A DNA stretch of 63,098 bases, the filler included, from Asterionella formosa (taxonomy: Eukaryota): the NCBI GenBank assembly GCA_002256025.1. It is 21 parts of 21 records of this genome, joined end to end, with 100 filler letters (N's around TTAATTAATTAA, not from the genome) between each part and the next. Parts side by side here need not be neighbours in the genome. Positions count along the whole stretch, not along the records: positions 61,909 to 63,098 come from NKIB01003784.1; 20 more parts are not named here. One strand, given 5' to 3'. A program made the position numbers and the translations under genes. Shown here in pieces: positions 62,033-63,098 of this stretch. The notes under the pieces were generated by a model, which worked only from the letters and a program-made list of their open reading frames with translations, was not told the DNA's origin and searched no databases. The first letter of the stretch is position 1; each line of letters opens with the position of its first letter.

Positions 62033-63098
62033 CCACTTAAAAACTGTAAGCCACCGCTACGGCGACTTTTGAACTGTAAGCCACCGCTAAACGGAGTAAA
62101 CGCACGGTTTGAACTTAGTTTACAAGATACGCTATTTATTGTCACGAACGAGTTGTTCAGATTTATATAGCGAGTAAATACTTCCGTACTTGTATTGTTG
62201 CATTGTGTACATTGTTAATTAGGTATTATCGCCCAAAGGTTGCTGTCGACGTGAAATTGCGAAAATTGGATATTTTCACGTTTACTCGATTGAGCAAGCA
62301 TCACCTTTTATATACGTATGCAGGTATGAGAATATTCCTCCTCTAGAAAACTAATTTAGTATCCTCTAAAATTTATTTAATATGACTACGACGGCATTGC
62401 GCTTTCGCTCGTGCGCCATAATAAAGAGATAATTTCATTAATGGAAAACGTCAAATAGGAATTCCTGGTGCGCCCGAATTATGAGTACAAAAATTAAATG
62501 CAAACATACAACAATCACCCATCACCCATCACAACACCAACACCATGACCTCGAAAGCGCCTCGACAAGGCAATGCCTTGCCTCGAAAGAAATTGTCTCC
62601 TGAAGAGTTGGTCAGTGTTCAGTTTTGTCTTAACAATGTGATTAGGGAGCTATAAGCTAAGAAGGCTAAGAATGGTGGAAAAATGCCTTATGGTGCTATT
62701 TCTAGGACAGTATCAGCTAAGCAATGCATTTTCCCTTGGATAGCTGTTAACCAAGTGAAGAAGGAACTAAAACAAAGTGCTAAACTAGAAGTTAAGTCTA
62801 GTACTACTAGTATGTATACTACTTCTGGTTCGTCCCTCTTTCAGCCATCAACTGCAACCATGGTGTCTACATTGACACCTGACCATTGTGGCCCTACTAA
62901 ACCCCAACTCTTGAATGCTGATGGCAGCTTTGCCTTGTTATTTCCCAGTAATCTCATTCATAATTCATATAAAATTGTCGAGGAGGAAGAAGATGACAAC
63001 AATGAAGGTGTGAGTGAGCATTATGATAGTCAGTTTACAATGATGGGCACTTTGGCATATGAAACTGGAAACAATGGTGTGCTTACCTGGGGAAGTTT
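62033..63098 (+). mobile_element. 5' end of the same transposon, copy 2; ORF from 62545 with TAA at 62653 (probable pogo-like transposase N-terminus)
   Basis: TA|CCACTTAAAAAC; subterminal direct repeat AACTGTAAGCCACCGCTA twice; NGGKMPYGAISRTV...FPWI motif. Confidence 0.8.

Overview
This is not one continuous locus. It is 21 contigs (nineteen of about 1.2 kb and two of about 19.2 kb, at 11635-30866 and 34843-54074) joined by artificial 100-nt N/TTAATTAATTAA/N linkers. Most of the DNA is eukaryotic and diatom-like: GT-AG introns, a plastid bipartite presequence and a DUF6824 protein. One contig (1295-2487) looks bacterial (Bacteroidota). Host genes: a type I membrane S/T/P-rich protein, a diatom-type hypothetical protein, a RING-HC protein, zeta-COP, a DUF6824 protein with 21-aa repeats, a gelsolin/severin, a CSC1/OSCA/TMEM63 channel and a USP48/UBP26-like deubiquitinase. 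The rest is a dense transposon landscape: pogo/Tc2-like elements and MITEs (TA TSD), a Kolobok-like family (TTAA TSD) with a conserved long hairpin, Copia LTRs and gag, Gypsy remnants, a Harbinger transposase and two ~190-bp satellite families. The most interesting signal is the clustered TACCGGTA/TACCAGGTA/TACCTGGTA tracts upstream of nearly every host gene. They match the excision footprints expected from the CCG- and CCA-ended TA-targeting transposons found in the same window. That interpretation is inference. All protein family calls are from motif recognition, not database searches.
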